DNA of 64,000 bases, taken from NCBI GenBank assembly GCA_030765485.1, contig JAVCCR010000003.1:4653-68652 (forward strand), read 5' to 3'. The stretch comes from Candidatus Gygaella obscura. Lineage in GTDB: Bacteria > Omnitrophota > Gorgyraeia > Gygaellales > Gygaellaceae. The notes beneath the pieces are model-generated. The model searched no databases, was not told the origin of the DNA, and saw only the letters and a program-made list of their open reading frames with translations. Below, one piece after another: positions 1 to 8,666 of the stretch. The first letter of the stretch is position 1. Each line of letters starts with the position of its first letter. The translations under genes and the position numbers were made by a program.

Positions 1-704
1 CAGACAGATTTTTGCATAGGGCATATCGATATGCGTGGGGGTGTGATAAACTTTCTGCGTTTGGAGGGATAGTTGGTTTTAACCGTAAGGTGGATTTTAA
101 TATAGCTAGGTTTATTTCTCGTAGTGGATTCTTAGAATGTATCATTGCGCCTGGTTTTGACAAGAAGGCACTGGACTTACTAACAAAAAAGAAAAATGTC
201 AGAATTATGCAGTTAAACCAAGAATATTTTTCTGTAAAAGATAAGGATTTTGATATGCGTAGTATTTTTGGTGTAGCCTTAGTGCAGGAAAAAGACAATT
301 TAGATACAATTAGAGATTCTTTAAAAGTGGTTACTAAGCATAAACCCACTAAGCATGAGATGGAAAGTCTTTTGTTTGCCTGGAAAGTAGTTAAACATAT
401 TAAGTCCAATGCGATCGTATTGGCTAAAGGAACTAAGACCGTTGGTATAGGAGCAGGACAGATGAGCAGGGTTGAGTCTGTGGATATCGCCTGTAAAAAG
501 GCTGGGAAAGCGAATACAAATAATTCTGTACTTGCTTCCGATGCATTTTTTCCAAAGGAAGATTCAATTAATAAATCTGCCCGTGCAGGAATAAAAGCGA
601 TAATTCAACCAGGCGGTTCAATTGCCGATGAGGATATAATAAAAGCCTGTAATAAGCATAAAATTGCTATGGTTTTTACCGGCATAAGACATTTTCGCCA
701 TTAA
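1..704 (+). CDS. purH: Bifunctional AICAR transformylase/IMP cyclohydrolase PurH, C-terminal fragment (5' end lies upstream of the window)
   Basis: The reading frame is open to the window edge. It ends in the characteristic PurH C-terminus (...IQPGGSI.DE..I.A.N.H.IAMVFTGIRHFRH) and carries the GAGQMSRV motif of the AICARFT domain. Confidence 0.8.
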   Translation, partial: DRFLHRAYRYAWGCDKLSAFGGIVGFNRKVDFNIARFISRSGFLECIIAPGFDKKALDLLTKKKNVRIMQLNQEYFSVKDKDFDMRSIFGVALVQEKDNLDTIRDSLKVVTKHKPTKHEMESLLFAWKVVKHIKSNAIVLAKGTKTVGIGAGQMSRVESVDIACKKAGKANTNNSVLASDAFFPKEDSINKSARAGIKAIIQPGGSIADEDIIKACNKHKIAMVFTGIRHFRH

Positions 705-722
705 GCATTTCTGCCGTTAATA

Positions 723-2039
723 ATGACCTACCAAGATTGCCTTTTGTATTTTAACTCGTTTATCAATTACGAAAAGATTATAGTTCGTAAAAAAGGCATG
801 CCTTACAGGTTAAACCGTTTTAAAGCTTTCTTGAAATTTTTAGACAATCCTCAGAATACTTTAAGGTGCGTGCATGTTGCCGGTTCAAAAGGTAAGGGTT
901 CGGTTTGTGCATTTACCGCTAATATTCTGAAAGAAGCAGGGTTTAAAGTTGGGTTTTATACCTCTCCGCATTTAACTGATATCAGAGAAAGAATAAGGAT
1001 ATTGACACCTTTTAATAAAGACAAGAGCAATGTTTTTAACGGGATAATAACCAAAAAAGAATTTGTTAGATTGATAGAGTTTCATAAGCCGAAGATTGAA
1101 GCATTTTGTAAGAATTCTGGCTATGGAAGGATTTCATTTTTCGAATTTATTACGGCTATTGCTTTTATTTATTTTAATAAAAAAAGAGTAGATTTCGCAG
1201 TTATTGAAACAGGGATGGGGGGAAGACTTGATGCAACCAATACAGTTAAGGCATTAGTTAATGTTATTACACCAATAAGTTATGAGCATATGTATGCCTT
1301 AGGCAATACTTTAAAGAAAATTGCAAAAGAAAAATCAGCTATAATAAAAAATAAATCTTCTGTCGTCTGTATTGATAAGCCAAAAGATGCGTTAGGAGTA
1401 ATCCGCCAAAGATGTAAAAAAGTAAAGGCAGAGTTATTTATTGTGAACAAAGATATATTATTTAAAGGCATGGAGAATAATTTTTTTATCAGTGGTATTC
1501 TTGGTAAGTATAATAAACTTAAGATTTCTCTTATTGGGGAACATCAGTTAGTTAATGCAAGCTTAGCCGTTGGGGCAGTAGAGTGCTTACAAAAAAAAGG
1601 TATTAATATTGAACTTGATAAGATAAAAAGGGGTTTATATAATACTATTTGGCCTGGTAGATGCGAAGTTATACAAAGAAGGCCTTTGGTTATTCTTGAC
1701 GGAGCCCAGAATGTTGCTTCAGTCAAAGCCTTGATTAAAACTGTCTTAGCAAGCTTTAAATTTAGCCGCATTATACTTGTTTTGGGCATTTCACAGGATA
1801 AAGATATCACTGGTATTTGTAATCAGCTGCGCAGGGTATCGGATAAGGTTATTCTTACTTGTGCAGATAATCCCAGGGCAACACAGCCAGAAAAACTTGC
1901 AAAATATTTCAGACAAAAAGATTTATTTATAACGTCTGATGTTAAAGAAGCACGTAGAAAAGCCATTAAGTTAGCACAAAAAGATGATTTAGTTTTAGTT
2001 ACTGGTTCATTATTCTTGATAGGTGAATATAGGCAATGA
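723..2039 (+). CDS. folC: Folylpolyglutamate synthase / dihydrofolate synthase
   Basis: 438 aa with the Mur-ligase-family P-loop HVAGSKGKGS and a YTSPHL motif; sits in a folate/purine context next to purH and folE. Confidence 0.8.
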   Translation: MTYQDCLLYFNSFINYEKIIVRKKGMPYRLNRFKAFLKFLDNPQNTLRCVHVAGSKGKGSVCAFTANILKEAGFKVGFYTSPHLTDIRERIRILTPFNKDKSNVFNGIITKKEFVRLIEFHKPKIEAFCKNSGYGRISFFEFITAIAFIYFNKKRVDFAVIETGMGGRLDATNTVKALVNVITPISYEHMYALGNTLKKIAKEKSAIIKNKSSVVCIDKPKDALGVIRQRCKKVKAELFIVNKDILFKGMENNFFISGILGKYNKLKISLIGEHQLVNASLAVGAVECLQKKGINIELDKIKRGLYNTIWPGRCEVIQRRPLVILDGAQNVASVKALIKTVLASFKFSRIILVLGISQDKDITGICNQLRRVSDKVILTCADNPRATQPEKLAKYFRQKDLFITSDVKEARRKAIKLAQKDDLVLVTGSLFLIGEYRQ

Positions 2040-3424
2040 AAAAAACCAAAGAGACTATAGCGGCAATTTCAACTTCAACTGCTGCAGCAGGTATTGGTAT
2101 TGTGCGTATTAGCGGTGAAGAAGCATTCGCTATCGCAGATAAGATATTTAAATCTGGTAAAAGATGTAAATTATCAAAGTTTAAGAGTCATACTATTAAT
2201 CACGGCTGGATTGTAGATAGAACAAAAAAACAAGACGAGCTTATTGATGAAGTTTTAGTTTCCAAGATGGATGCCCCGTTTACTTACACAAAAGAAAACA
2301 CAGTAGAAATTAATTGTCATGGTGGGATTGTCGGTTTGCGCAGAATACTTGAATTGACTCTTCAATATGGTTGCCGTTTAGCTGAACCAGGAGAATTTAC
2401 CAAAAGGGCGTTTTTAAACGGCAGGATTGACCTTACTCAGGCAGAGGCAGTAATTGATATTATTAAATCTAAGACAGATATTGCCTTAAAGTTTAGCAGC
2501 CAGCAGTTGAAAGGGGCACTTTCTAAGGAGGTTCGAAGTATAAGAAATATATTGCTTGAGGCTCTCGCATTCCTAGAGGCAGATATTGATTTTCCAGAAG
2601 AAGAAATTGGTAAACTGGATTACAACAGAATAGCTAAATTATTAAGAAAGGCTTTTATTAAAATTCAAGATATGATTAATTCTTCGAGAAAGGGCAAGAT
2701 TATCAGAGAAGGTATTCATGTGGTTATTTGCGGCAGGCCCAATGTGGGCAAGTCTTCATTACTTAATGCACTGTTAAAACAGGAACGTTGTATTGTAACG
2801 CATATTCCCGGGACAACCAGAGATACAATTGAAGAGATAATTGATATCAGGGGTATTCCTGTAAGGATAGTTGATACTGCGGGCATACTGGAATCAAAAG
2901 ACCTGGTAGAAAAAAAGGCAATTCAGCGTTCAAGAGAGCAGATTAATTCAGCCGATATTGTGATTTTGATGTTTGATGCGAATAGGAAGCTGTCAAAAGA
3001 TGATATTTTGTTAATGGGTAGACTTAAGAATAAAAATTGTCTAGCCGTGATTAACAAAGTTGATTTAAAAATAAATATTGATAAAAAGTTTATTAAGAAT
3101 GAATTTAACAATTTGATAGAGATTTCTGCAAGGAATTTTAAGAACATCCATATTTTAGAAGAAGCTATCGTCAGTTTTGTTTATGGGAGTAATAGAGATA
3201 GTGAAGAAAATATTCTTATTAGTAATAAAAGACATATAGAAAAAATCAGACAGTCTTTTATGTTGTTGCAAGATGCATCTATCTGGATAGTATCAGAAAA
3301 GAATCCTGAACTGGCGGCACAAAACATAAAAGATGCTTTAGGTTGTTTGGATGATATAATAGGAAAAAGATTTTCAGAAGAGTTGTTGGAGAGAATTTTT
3401 AGCGAGTTTTGCATAGGAAAGTAA
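2036..3424 (+). CDS. mnmE: tRNA modification GTPase MnmE (TrmE)
   Basis: 462 aa with the G-domain motifs GRPNVGKSS and DTAG, and the diagnostic C-terminal CIGK tetrapeptide. Its start overlaps the folC stop by 4 nt. Confidence 0.85.
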   Translation: MKKTKETIAAISTSTAAAGIGIVRISGEEAFAIADKIFKSGKRCKLSKFKSHTINHGWIVDRTKKQDELIDEVLVSKMDAPFTYTKENTVEINCHGGIVGLRRILELTLQYGCRLAEPGEFTKRAFLNGRIDLTQAEAVIDIIKSKTDIALKFSSQQLKGALSKEVRSIRNILLEALAFLEADIDFPEEEIGKLDYNRIAKLLRKAFIKIQDMINSSRKGKIIREGIHVVICGRPNVGKSSLLNALLKQERCIVTHIPGTTRDTIEEIIDIRGIPVRIVDTAGILESKDLVEKKAIQRSREQINSADIVILMFDANRKLSKDDILLMGRLKNKNCLAVINKVDLKINIDKKFIKNEFNNLIEISARNFKNIHILEEAIVSFVYGSNRDSEENILISNKRHIEKIRQSFMLLQDASIWIVSEKNPELAAQNIKDALGCLDDIIGKRFSEELLERIFSEFCIGK

Positions 3425-3438
3425 AGTCGAGGAGAACT

Positions 3439-3999
3439 ATGATACAAAAGAAAAAAATCGAGAAAGCGGTAAAGGAAATATTAAGCGCAATCGGGGAAAA
3501 CCCGAAAAGGAAAGATCTTTTAAAAACCCCTGAGCGCGTAGCGCAGATGTATGAAGAAATATTTTCTGGTATTAATAAAGATCCTAAAAAAGAATTAGAG
3601 GTTTTATTAGATCAAAAGCATGATGAGATAGTTCTTTTAAAAGGTATTCCTATATATTCGGTATGTGAGCATCATCTTTTACCTTTTTTCGGAAAAGCTA
3701 ATATCGCTTATATTCCTAAGCAGGGAAGAGTAACTGGACTTAGCAAACTTGCGCGTGTAGTTGATATATTATGTAAAAGACCTCAGATTCAGGAACGCTT
3801 GACTACACAGGTTGCTGATATAATTATGGAAAAACTTAAACCTCTGGGAGTAATGGTTGTTATTGAGGCAGAACATCTTTGTATGTCAATGAGAGGGGTA
3901 AAAAAACCTGGAACGTATACAGTTACCTCTGCCGTAAGGGGGGTTTTTAAGAAAAATGAGAAGACTCGTTTTGAAACACTTTCTTTAATCGGAAGATGA
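3439..3999 (+). CDS. folE: GTP cyclohydrolase I
   Basis: Conserved CEHHLLPF active-site motif and the FolE C-terminal fold. The start was placed at ATG 3439, which follows a GGAGAA Shine-Dalgarno, rather than the upstream in-frame ATG at 3409 that overlaps mnmE. Confidence 0.85.
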   Translation: MIQKKKIEKAVKEILSAIGENPKRKDLLKTPERVAQMYEEIFSGINKDPKKELEVLLDQKHDEIVLLKGIPIYSVCEHHLLPFFGKANIAYIPKQGRVTGLSKLARVVDILCKRPQIQERLTTQVADIIMEKLKPLGVMVVIEAEHLCMSMRGVKKPGTYTVTSAVRGVFKKNEKTRFETLSLIGR

Positions 4000-4388
4000 T
4001 TAAACGGATCATAGAACATAAACATATAAAGCCTATTTTAAAAAGTTTTGTTTTTGCTTTTAGCGGTTTAGCCCACATCTTTAAAAATCACCGTAATGCT
4101 CGTATTATTTTGTTTATCGGTATTTTGGTTTTAGCTGCAGGGGTATATTTGAAACTATCGACTATTGAGATGACGATAATTATTTTAGTCTGTGGTCTTG
4201 TATTGATCGGTGAGATATTTAATACCATGCTAGAAGATATTGTTGATTTGGTTACGGATAGTAAATTTCATCCTATTGCAAAGATAATTAAAGACATGGC
4301 TGCAGCTGCAGTTTTACTAGCGAGTTTCCTCAGTATATTAGTGGGGATATTGGTATTTTTTCCAAAGCTAAATTTATTATGGCGTTGA
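3996..4388 (+). CDS. dgkA: Diacylglycerol kinase / undecaprenol kinase family (DgkA-like), 3 TM
   Basis: 130 aa with three hydrophobic helices and the conserved motif E.FNT..E..VD...........AK.IKD.AAAAVL. Start overlaps the folE stop. Confidence 0.65.
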   Translation: MIKRIIEHKHIKPILKSFVFAFSGLAHIFKNHRNARIILFIGILVLAAGVYLKLSTIEMTIIILVCGLVLIGEIFNTMLEDIVDLVTDSKFHPIAKIIKDMAAAAVLLASFLSILVGILVFFPKLNLLWR

Positions 4389-5917
4389 ATAAAAATATAA
4401 TTATTGCTTTCCTGGCAATTTTCATTTTGGGTTGGTTTGTTTATATAAATAATCTTGATAATAGTTTCGTATACGATGATTACCTGCTTGTGGTGGATAA
4501 CCCGGCAGTAAAATCTTTTAAATATCTACCCGATATCTTCAAGCATGACCTTTACTATTATGTAAGTGCCAGTAATTTCTACCGGCCGATAGTTTCTTTA
4601 AGTCTTATGTTTGATTTTGCCTTTTGGAAATATAATTTCCGAGGATACCATTTAACTAATAACCTGCTGCATATTTTAAATGTTTTACTTCTGTTTTTTT
4701 TAATCAGGAAAATATCAGGCAACGAAGCACTGAGTTTAATCACTGCAGTGCTTTTTATGGTCCATCCTTTGCATACCCAGGCAGTAACCTATATATCCGG
4801 TAGAGCAGATCTTCTTTATGTGTTCTTTGGTTTGCTTTCTTTAGGAATTTTTATCCACGCCTCTCAGTCTAAGTCTATATTGTTAACCTGCCTTTCTTGT
4901 TTCTGTTATATCCTATCTTTACTAAGTAAAGAAGTGGCTTTGGTTTTTCCTTTTTTAATCCTGATGATAATGTTTCTTTTTTATAAAGAATACCTCAGTT
5001 TTAGAAAATACGGCATTTTTTTGCTTATTGCCGCTTTTTATCTTTTGATGAGGATGACCTTATTGAAAGAGATACTGAATAACCCGCAGCCAGTATCTCT
5101 TGGTTTAGGAGTCAGGTTATTAAATATGCCTAAAGTGTTATTCGCTTACATTTTATTGCTTATTTTTCCTGTAGGTTTACATATTGATCGTACATTTGAT
5201 GTTAGTTTTTCTTTTTTTAAAAAAATAAATTTTAATTTATGGCCATTTTCTTTTCAAATAGAAAGAGTTGATTATCAACTTTTGTTTAGTTGGTTGATTT
5301 TGATTTTATTCATTGTGTTATTAATACGAATTGGTAAAAAAGAGAAGCTTATGTTATTTTCTAGCCTTTGGTTTTTTATTGCTTTTTTACCTCTTTCGGG
5401 CATACTTGCTTTAAATGCTTTAATTGCTGAACACTGGATATATTTGCCTAGTGTAGGTTTTTTTCTGATCATAGCGGCTTTAGTTTACAGGTTAAACTCT
5501 ACGTATTTTCTAAGATATTTTTCATTGGTTGTTTTTTGTACGATTGTTTTAAGTTATTCTTTGTTGACCATAAAGCGCAACAGGGATTGGAAGGATGAGA
5601 TCGCTCTTTACACCAGCACCTTATTTTCTCTTAACGGTAAAGGCAGTCCCAGATTATATTATAATTTAGGATGCGCTTATCTTGATAGAGGTATGGTAAA
5701 TAAGGCAATCACACAATATAAAAAAGCTATTTCCCTAAGGCCTAAAAGAAAACTGCTTTATTACTATAGTTTATCTTTGGCTTATCTGGTAAAGAAGGAT
5801 TATAATAATGTAAGAGAAGCCATCAAGAATATGTTAAATATACCTGCAGCCAATATCAATGAAGAGCGTTTATTAAATAAAGCAAAAGATATTTTAGAAA
5901 AAATAAAAGAGAAGTAA
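4379..5917 (+). CDS. Polytopic membrane protein with C-terminal TPR repeats (TMTC/PMT-like glycosyltransferase-family architecture)
   Basis: 512 aa with about 9-10 hydrophobic helices and a C-terminal TPR-like region (YYNLGCAYLDRGMVNKAITQYKKAISLRP). Overlaps the dgkA end. Confidence 0.5.
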   Translation: MALNKNIIIAFLAIFILGWFVYINNLDNSFVYDDYLLVVDNPAVKSFKYLPDIFKHDLYYYVSASNFYRPIVSLSLMFDFAFWKYNFRGYHLTNNLLHILNVLLLFFLIRKISGNEALSLITAVLFMVHPLHTQAVTYISGRADLLYVFFGLLSLGIFIHASQSKSILLTCLSCFCYILSLLSKEVALVFPFLILMIMFLFYKEYLSFRKYGIFLLIAAFYLLMRMTLLKEILNNPQPVSLGLGVRLLNMPKVLFAYILLLIFPVGLHIDRTFDVSFSFFKKINFNLWPFSFQIERVDYQLLFSWLILILFIVLLIRIGKKEKLMLFSSLWFFIAFLPLSGILALNALIAEHWIYLPSVGFFLIIAALVYRLNSTYFLRYFSLVVFCTIVLSYSLLTIKRNRDWKDEIALYTSTLFSLNGKGSPRLYYNLGCAYLDRGMVNKAITQYKKAISLRPKRKLLYYYSLSLAYLVKKDYNNVREAIKNMLNIPAANINEERLLNKAKDILEKIKEK

Positions 5918-6393
5918 TGAAAAAACTATATATTGTGTTTTTATTGATATTTTTATGCGGCTGTGCGGCTTATAAGTATGAATTGAGTCAAAAAAAATAC
6001 GATAAAGGTTTTATCGTCAGGCGTCATGGGTTGCTGATTCCTGAATACACAATTGATGATCAGCAAAAAGCCCCGAAACAAAAACAGCTTGCGCAGATGC
6101 GTTTTAAAAGACGAAAGGTTATAGTAAGTTATTATTATAAACAAATGGGACTTATATATAATGATGCTATGACGCGCACAGCTGATTTTGGTAATATGAT
6201 GACTGGTATATTTAGACTTCCTGGGGCAGTTAAAGAAAATAAAAAGTATGAAACAGACGAAGAGTACAGAAAACATTCTGATAAGGAGTTGGCAGAAGAA
6301 GAAACAGCGGTTATAGCAAAAAGACAAAGTCTAAGGGAGCAATTGGCTGAATATATAAAACGAGATATAGAATTTGAGAAGAGCTTAGAATAA
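5917..6393 (+). CDS. Putative lipoprotein, unknown function
   Basis: Signal peptide ending in LCGC (lipobox-like) followed by a charged, Lys/Glu-rich body; no recognisable catalytic motif. Confidence 0.35.
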   Translation: MKKLYIVFLLIFLCGCAAYKYELSQKKYDKGFIVRRHGLLIPEYTIDDQQKAPKQKQLAQMRFKRRKVIVSYYYKQMGLIYNDAMTRTADFGNMMTGIFRLPGAVKENKKYETDEEYRKHSDKELAEEETAVIAKRQSLREQLAEYIKRDIEFEKSLE

Positions 6394-6490
6394 TTGATAT
6401 TCTTTGATAGACGTATTAGTTGAACAAGCGTTTATAAAAAGATATACTTAGTAATAGATTTTCCAGAAATTTATCCTACAAGGAGGGGTT

Positions 6491-7417
6491 ATGGACAATT
6501 CTTTAATTAAGGCGTTGTTGGATAATATTGAAAAAGTCATTGTCGGCAAGACCGAAAAGATAAAGCTGTTGATAACCGGCTTACTTACTAACAGTCATGT
6601 TTTAATAGAAGATGTCCCTGGTCTTGGTAAAACTATGCTTGCTTTATCTTTATCAAAATCAGTCTCGGGAAAATTCAAAAGGATTCAGTTTACGCCCGAT
6701 TTATTGCCGTCAGATGTCACAGGAGGCTATGTATATAATCCCAAGACAGGAGAGTTTGATTTTAGAGAAGGTCCGATATTTGCTAATATTGTTTTAGCTG
6801 ATGAAATCAACAGAACTACCCCTAGAACCCAGTCGGCACTTTTAGAGTGTATGCAGGAGTATAAGGTTACAATTGACGGCAATACCTTTACTCTTTCGAA
6901 CCCTTTTATGGTTATAGCTACCCAAAATCCCATTGAATACCAGGGAACATATCCTTTGCCTGAGGCGCAGGTGGATAGATTCATGATGAAGATTAATATG
7001 GGGTATCCTACCGAGGAAGAAGAAGTAAAAGTCATCTCAGAGCAAAAACAGGTTCATCCTGTGGAAACGCTTGATGCGGTCATGGGTTTGGAGCATATCG
7101 CTAAGCTTCAGGAAGAAGTAAGAAAGGTACAAGTAATGCCAAATATCTTAAATTATATCGTTAAGATAGTTGCATTAACTAGAAAAAGAGACGATATCAA
7201 AGTAGGTGCAAGCCCTAGGGCTTCGATTTCTCTTATGAAAGCAAGTTGTGCCTGGGCTTTTATTGAAGGCAGAGACTACGTTATTCCGGATGATATCAAT
7301 AAGCTGGCTATATGGACATTAAAGCATAGGATTAGCTTGGAGCCAAAGTCTCTTATAGTAGGCAAAACCGCGGAGATAGTAATCTCGGAGATCCTTAAAG
7401 AAATACCCATTCCTTAG
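6491..7417 (+). CDS. MoxR-family AAA+ ATPase
   Basis: 308 aa with Walker A GLGKT, Walker B LADEINR and sensor regions; preceded by an AAGGAGG SD. Typical size and motifs for MoxR. Confidence 0.85.
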   Translation: MDNSLIKALLDNIEKVIVGKTEKIKLLITGLLTNSHVLIEDVPGLGKTMLALSLSKSVSGKFKRIQFTPDLLPSDVTGGYVYNPKTGEFDFREGPIFANIVLADEINRTTPRTQSALLECMQEYKVTIDGNTFTLSNPFMVIATQNPIEYQGTYPLPEAQVDRFMMKINMGYPTEEEEVKVISEQKQVHPVETLDAVMGLEHIAKLQEEVRKVQVMPNILNYIVKIVALTRKRDDIKVGASPRASISLMKASCAWAFIEGRDYVIPDDINKLAIWTLKHRISLEPKSLIVGKTAEIVISEILKEIPIP

Positions 7418-7421
7418 GTCC

Positions 7422-8666
7422 ATGCTTAAGACATTCATTAAGAAATGGGTATTTATTTTTGTTCTGCTTGTATTTAGCTTTATCGGTTCTTTAAAGAGTC
7501 ATATAGTTTTTTTTAATATTTTCTTCTGGATCCTTTTATCAATAATATCATTGGAATTGCTCTGCGTAGTGGTGGTTTTTTTTGCTGCTAGATTTAGTTT
7601 TAAAAGAATCCTTCCGTATAAGAGCGTAGAGGACGAAGAAATCACCATAAAAACAGAGGTTAAAAACCGCTCGTTTTTGCCTTGTTTTAACCTTGTTTTG
7701 GAAGATTTCGTCTACTGCGCGGCTCCTTCAAGGCAAAAGCATACTATTATTTTCGAATATATTGGCCCAAAAAAGAAAGTCGATTTAGTTTATCGGTGTT
7801 TTTGTTATAAAAGAGGTAGATATAATATTGGTCCTTTAAAGATATTCTTTTTTGGTCCGTTTGGTTTGGCTTTTTTCAAAAGAAAATATGATGTATTCTC
7901 AGAGATTTACGTATATCCGAAAACTTTCTCTATTCAGAAAATAGGACCTTTGACTAAAGGGATTGCTCCTTGGTTTGGAATTGAAACTAGTCGTGTAAGT
8001 GGAGACGACGACGAGTTTTTTGGTGTCCGGGAGTATAAAAGCGGAGATCCAATTAAGCGAATTCATTGGGCAAGCACAGCAAAAAAAAATAAGCTTATAG
8101 TTAAGGAATTTCAGAGACAGAGTTTTTATCGGGCCAGTATAATTTTTAATCTAGAAAAGGATACAAATTTTGGCGCGGGTAGGGAAAAAGTAGCTGAATA
8201 CATGATAAAACTTGCCGCTTCCATTGCTAAATATTTTACTATGAATGGCGTTTCGTTTGAGATCATCTCGCATATAGGGGAAATGGTACATATTCCTTTC
8301 AATAAGGGAGAAAGCCATCTTGAAGAAGTTATGAAGTTTTTTACAGTGGCTGAAGCGCAGAGTGCGGTAAGTCTACGTGAAATATTTGAAGAATTCTCCA
8401 GGCGTCTGCCTAGCGAATCCAGCATGATTGCCATAATGCAGGACACAGATTGGGAATGTTTTCCTGCGATGATGTCTTTACGTGTAAGAAATATCTCGCT
8501 TTTACCGATAGTTCTCGTTTCTTCGAGCTTTATGGATAAAAAAGATTCCTATAAAAGCGCGCACGAAATAAAATTAAACGTATCCAAGGCTATTGATTTT
8601 GTTCCGATTTTTGTTTCTTGCGGGGATAATCTCGAAGAGCTGTTTTTGTCTTCTAATATAAAATGA
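7422..8666 (+). CDS. DUF58-domain protein (vWA-like partner of MoxR) with N-terminal TM helices
   Basis: Carries the DUF58 signature GV(R)EY.SGDP.KRIHWAST.K...L.VKEF. Lies 4 nt downstream of moxR, the canonical MoxR-DUF58 pairing. Confidence 0.75.
   Translation: MLKTFIKKWVFIFVLLVFSFIGSLKSHIVFFNIFFWILLSIISLELLCVVVVFFAARFSFKRILPYKSVEDEEITIKTEVKNRSFLPCFNLVLEDFVYCAAPSRQKHTIIFEYIGPKKKVDLVYRCFCYKRGRYNIGPLKIFFFGPFGLAFFKRKYDVFSEIYVYPKTFSIQKIGPLTKGIAPWFGIETSRVSGDDDEFFGVREYKSGDPIKRIHWASTAKKNKLIVKEFQRQSFYRASIIFNLEKDTNFGAGREKVAEYMIKLAASIAKYFTMNGVSFEIISHIGEMVHIPFNKGESHLEEVMKFFTVAEAQSAVSLREIFEEFSRRLPSESSMIAIMQDTDWECFPAMMSLRVRNISLLPIVLVSSSFMDKKDSYKSAHEIKLNVSKAIDFVPIFVSCGDNLEELFLSSNIK

Noticed and set aside
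1280-1810. Antisense ORFs inside folC (1280-1471, 1544-1810, minus strand), and similar internal or antisense ORFs throughout the track. Examples: 2923-3447 in mnmE, 3789-4025, 5275-5472, 5953-6327, 6612-7035, 8126-8446, 9457-10863, 13015-13362, 14267-14636, 14996-15193, 17888-18603, 19643-19846, 23236-23430, 26151-26549, 26962-27231, 28744-30402, 32624-32845, 34751-35584, 38784-39797, 40155-40400, 41343-42044, 42839-43102, 44249-44875, 45685-45897, 47265-47696, 48608-48949, 52082-52369, 53468-53665, 54878-55117, 55258-55449, 55622-55870, 56576-58276, 59495-59810, 60953-61138, 61295-61522.
   Set aside because: All lie entirely within, or antisense to, long ORFs with clear conserved-family motifs. 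They have low-complexity or hydrophobic translations typical of AT-rich shadow frames, with no SD or start context, so they were treated as spurious.
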